Positions 62,501 through 64,000 of a stretch of DNA of 64,000 nt are shown one piece after another; position 1 is the stretch's first letter; the number at the start of each line of letters is the position of its first letter. Location: assembly GCA_051294905.1 (NCBI GenBank), contig CM119380.1, forward strand, positions 23,746,001 through 23,810,000. Direction: 5' to 3'. The notes beneath the pieces are model-generated. The model was not told where the DNA came from, searched no databases, and saw only the letters and a list, made by a program, of their open reading frames with translations. The translations under genes were made by a program, and so were the position numbers. The DNA is from Botryllus schlosseri (Eukaryota).

Positions 62501-64000
62501 GTGTACGTACGGGTGCAGGCATTGTGCGATACGTTACGCGGTAATCCTGTCCCTGTAGTCACGATTACGGCTCAGCCTGACGAGCTTAGCGAGGAATCTC
62601 TTTCAGAATTTTGTGAGTGTGATCAATATCCTGAGACAAGTTCTGCGAAGTTCTTTTGAATTTTTCGCTAGTTGCTGATCATTAACCCTGATAGTGTCAG
62701 CCAAAAAATATTTGGTCTATTTCAATATGAATATGTTATTTTACAAGTAAATCTCACTTTTATAGTTTTGACCCGAGTCAAGTCAAGTCATTATATTCAC
62801 CATCGACTCAAGTCCGAGTCCGATTCAGCTGGTAGAGGGTCGAGTCCGAGTCATAGTGTTTTGACTCGAGTCCGAGTCCAAGTCATTATATTCAATGCTC
62901 AGATTTCAGTTCAATCCCGTTCAAACCACTTTTTTCAACTCTACTCGAGTGATATAGAATGGCTCGCATTCATAATATCGTAATTTTCCTCAGTTTTAAC
63001 AGTTTCTGGCCATATTATCAAGCATCAGGACTGATAGTCGAAATACAAATAATGTGGTGACTTTACTTTACCTCGAAATCACCATGACTTGTCTGTCTTG
63101 GCCGTCATAGTCTCGAGTCATATGACTTCGTTAATGCGATCCACAATGACTCGTGTACAAGTCGAGTCAATACAGAGCTTGACTCGAGTCGAGTCATTTT
63201 ACTAGGGTTACCATTCGAGGATTTGTCCTCCTTGTCCTCCTTTTTGGCAATACGTCATCCTTTACAGCTTTTAGAGCCGAGGTAATGTATAGATTCGAGT
63301 GGAAATGAGCATAAATTGGAAACTCGTGGTTCGACCGAAAGCGATGACCTTTTTTTTTTGCCAACTAACCACAAGGTCGCGGGAAATGTACCTTCTTATC
63401 CCAATTTTACTCCAGTATTGTAAGTCTAAAAGTTTTGATTAAGTGTCCGCCTTTCCCGATTCCAAAATATGGTAACCCCACATTTTACGCAAGTTTTACA
63501 AGTCGAGTCATTGCAACCCTGGTTATTGAATTATAGCATATTCTTTTTGTGACATGTATTTTACAATCCTTTTATTGGAAGGGCCTCTTGGAGGTACAGA
63601 ACTTCAATATACAATTGAATAACATACCATTCAATCCTTTTTATTATGTTCTTGCAATGTTCTTTGTATATTTGATACTTATAACACCTATCCTCCTGCG
63701 TAGATTCGCGGCCTTACGTCTTCCTGAGCGCGAGGGTGCACCCCGGCGAGTCAAACAGCTCGTGGACCATGTCTGGCACGTTGAAGCTGCTTCTTTCGTC
63801 TGGGACGTCCGACAAACGCGCGACGGACATCGCTAGGCAGTTGCGGAATCGATACATCTTCAAAATCGTACCCATGCTAAATCCTGACGGCGTGATCAAC
63901 GGACAGTGAGTGGTTTAATCAGCATTCTATTGCAAGAATTTCAATTCGATCTGTTTTGTTTTGGCAGCCACCGATGTTCGCTCAGCGGGGAAGATTTAAA
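47566..64000 (+). CDS. AGTPBP1: Cytosolic carboxypeptidase 1/4 (Nna1, tubulin deglutamylase, M14 family), multi-exon, 3' end beyond the window
   Basis: Hand-built GT-AG exons with consistent phases: 47566-47597, 47661-47776, 48120-48181, 48567-48762, 50884-51021, 52643-52736, 53333-53373, 54647-54796, 54860-54934, 55867-56046, 56390-56496, 57323-57457, 58120-58213, 58272-58427, 59513-59663, 60405-60623, 60685-60782, 60928-61025, 61085-61241, 62166-62398, 62459-62612, 63704-63905, 63968-64000. The translation is colinear with remembered human CCP1: [60 protein letters not shown] (zinc-binding HxxE), [18 protein letters not shown]. The start codon and the low-complexity middle exons (58120-58427) are less certain. 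It may be a co-ortholog of AGTPBP1 and AGBL1. Confidence 0.93.
55464..55808. mobile_element. Small inverted-repeat element with hammerhead-like terminal motifs (CCP1 intron)
   Basis: ~100-bp imperfect TIRs; same family as 57517-57795. Confidence 0.7.
55482..55515 (-). ncRNA. Candidate minimal type-I hammerhead ribozyme motif
   Basis: The minus strand reads ACCC-CTGACGA-GTGTCAGCC-GAAA-ATAT-TC-TGGT: intact core, palindromic loop III and a UC cleavage site, with one stem I mismatch. Confidence 0.5.
57517..57795. mobile_element. Second copy of the small inverted-repeat element (CCP1 intron)
   Basis: ~100-bp imperfect TIRs around a ~65-bp spacer; termini homologous to 55464-55808. Confidence 0.7.
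62760..63521 (+). mobile_element. GACTCGAGTC-rich MITE family member (other copies ~16060-16590, 39076-39300, 49836-50150)
   Basis: Colinear similarity among the copies; terminus TTGCAACCCTG. Confidence 0.75.
63203..63480. mobile_element. Blackjack-like hAT MITE nested in the GACTCGAGTC element
   Basis: TIR TAGGGTTACCAT / ATGGTAACCCCA and an 8-bp TSD CATTTTAC. Confidence 0.88.

Noticed and set aside
62159-62659. 166-aa ORF as a stand-alone gene
   Set aside because: It is two CCP1 exons joined by read-through of a stop-free 60-nt intron.
63895-63975. GHHR instead of GNHR near the CCP active site as an inactivating change
   Set aside because: His at this position occurs in other CCP family members (GHYR in CCP5, from memory), and the zinc-binding HxxE motif is intact.

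Overview
Eukaryotic, AT-rich animal DNA with many ~60-bp minimal introns; an invertebrate chordate such as a tunicate is likely, but that is inference. Two host genes are supported, both on the + strand: an intronless FoxB forkhead gene (13866-15236) and the first 23 coding exons of a cytosolic carboxypeptidase CCP1/CCP4 gene (AGTPBP1/AGBL1-like, 47566 to beyond the window end). The 32 kb between them is densely nested transposon DNA. It holds many hAT MITEs with 8-bp TSDs, a fossil hAT transposase, LINE fragments, a tRNA-derived SINE, and a young single-ORF Ty3/Gypsy element with a solo LTR and a local duplication. It also holds two nested long-TIR foldback elements with 7-bp TSDs around a 129-N assembly gap. 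Best leads: (1) the Gypsy element has no tRNA PBS but a perfect 16-nt self-complement between its PBS position and its own R region (apparent self-priming), plus a YLDN RT motif; (2) minimal type-I hammerhead-ribozyme-like motifs at the ends of two small inverted-repeat elements in CCP1 introns, and a decayed one in the SINE; (3) Galileo-like nested foldback elements; (4) tight FoxB-CCP1/4 linkage matching the human 9q21/15q22-25 paralogon. All calls were made by eye; no searches or folding programs were run.
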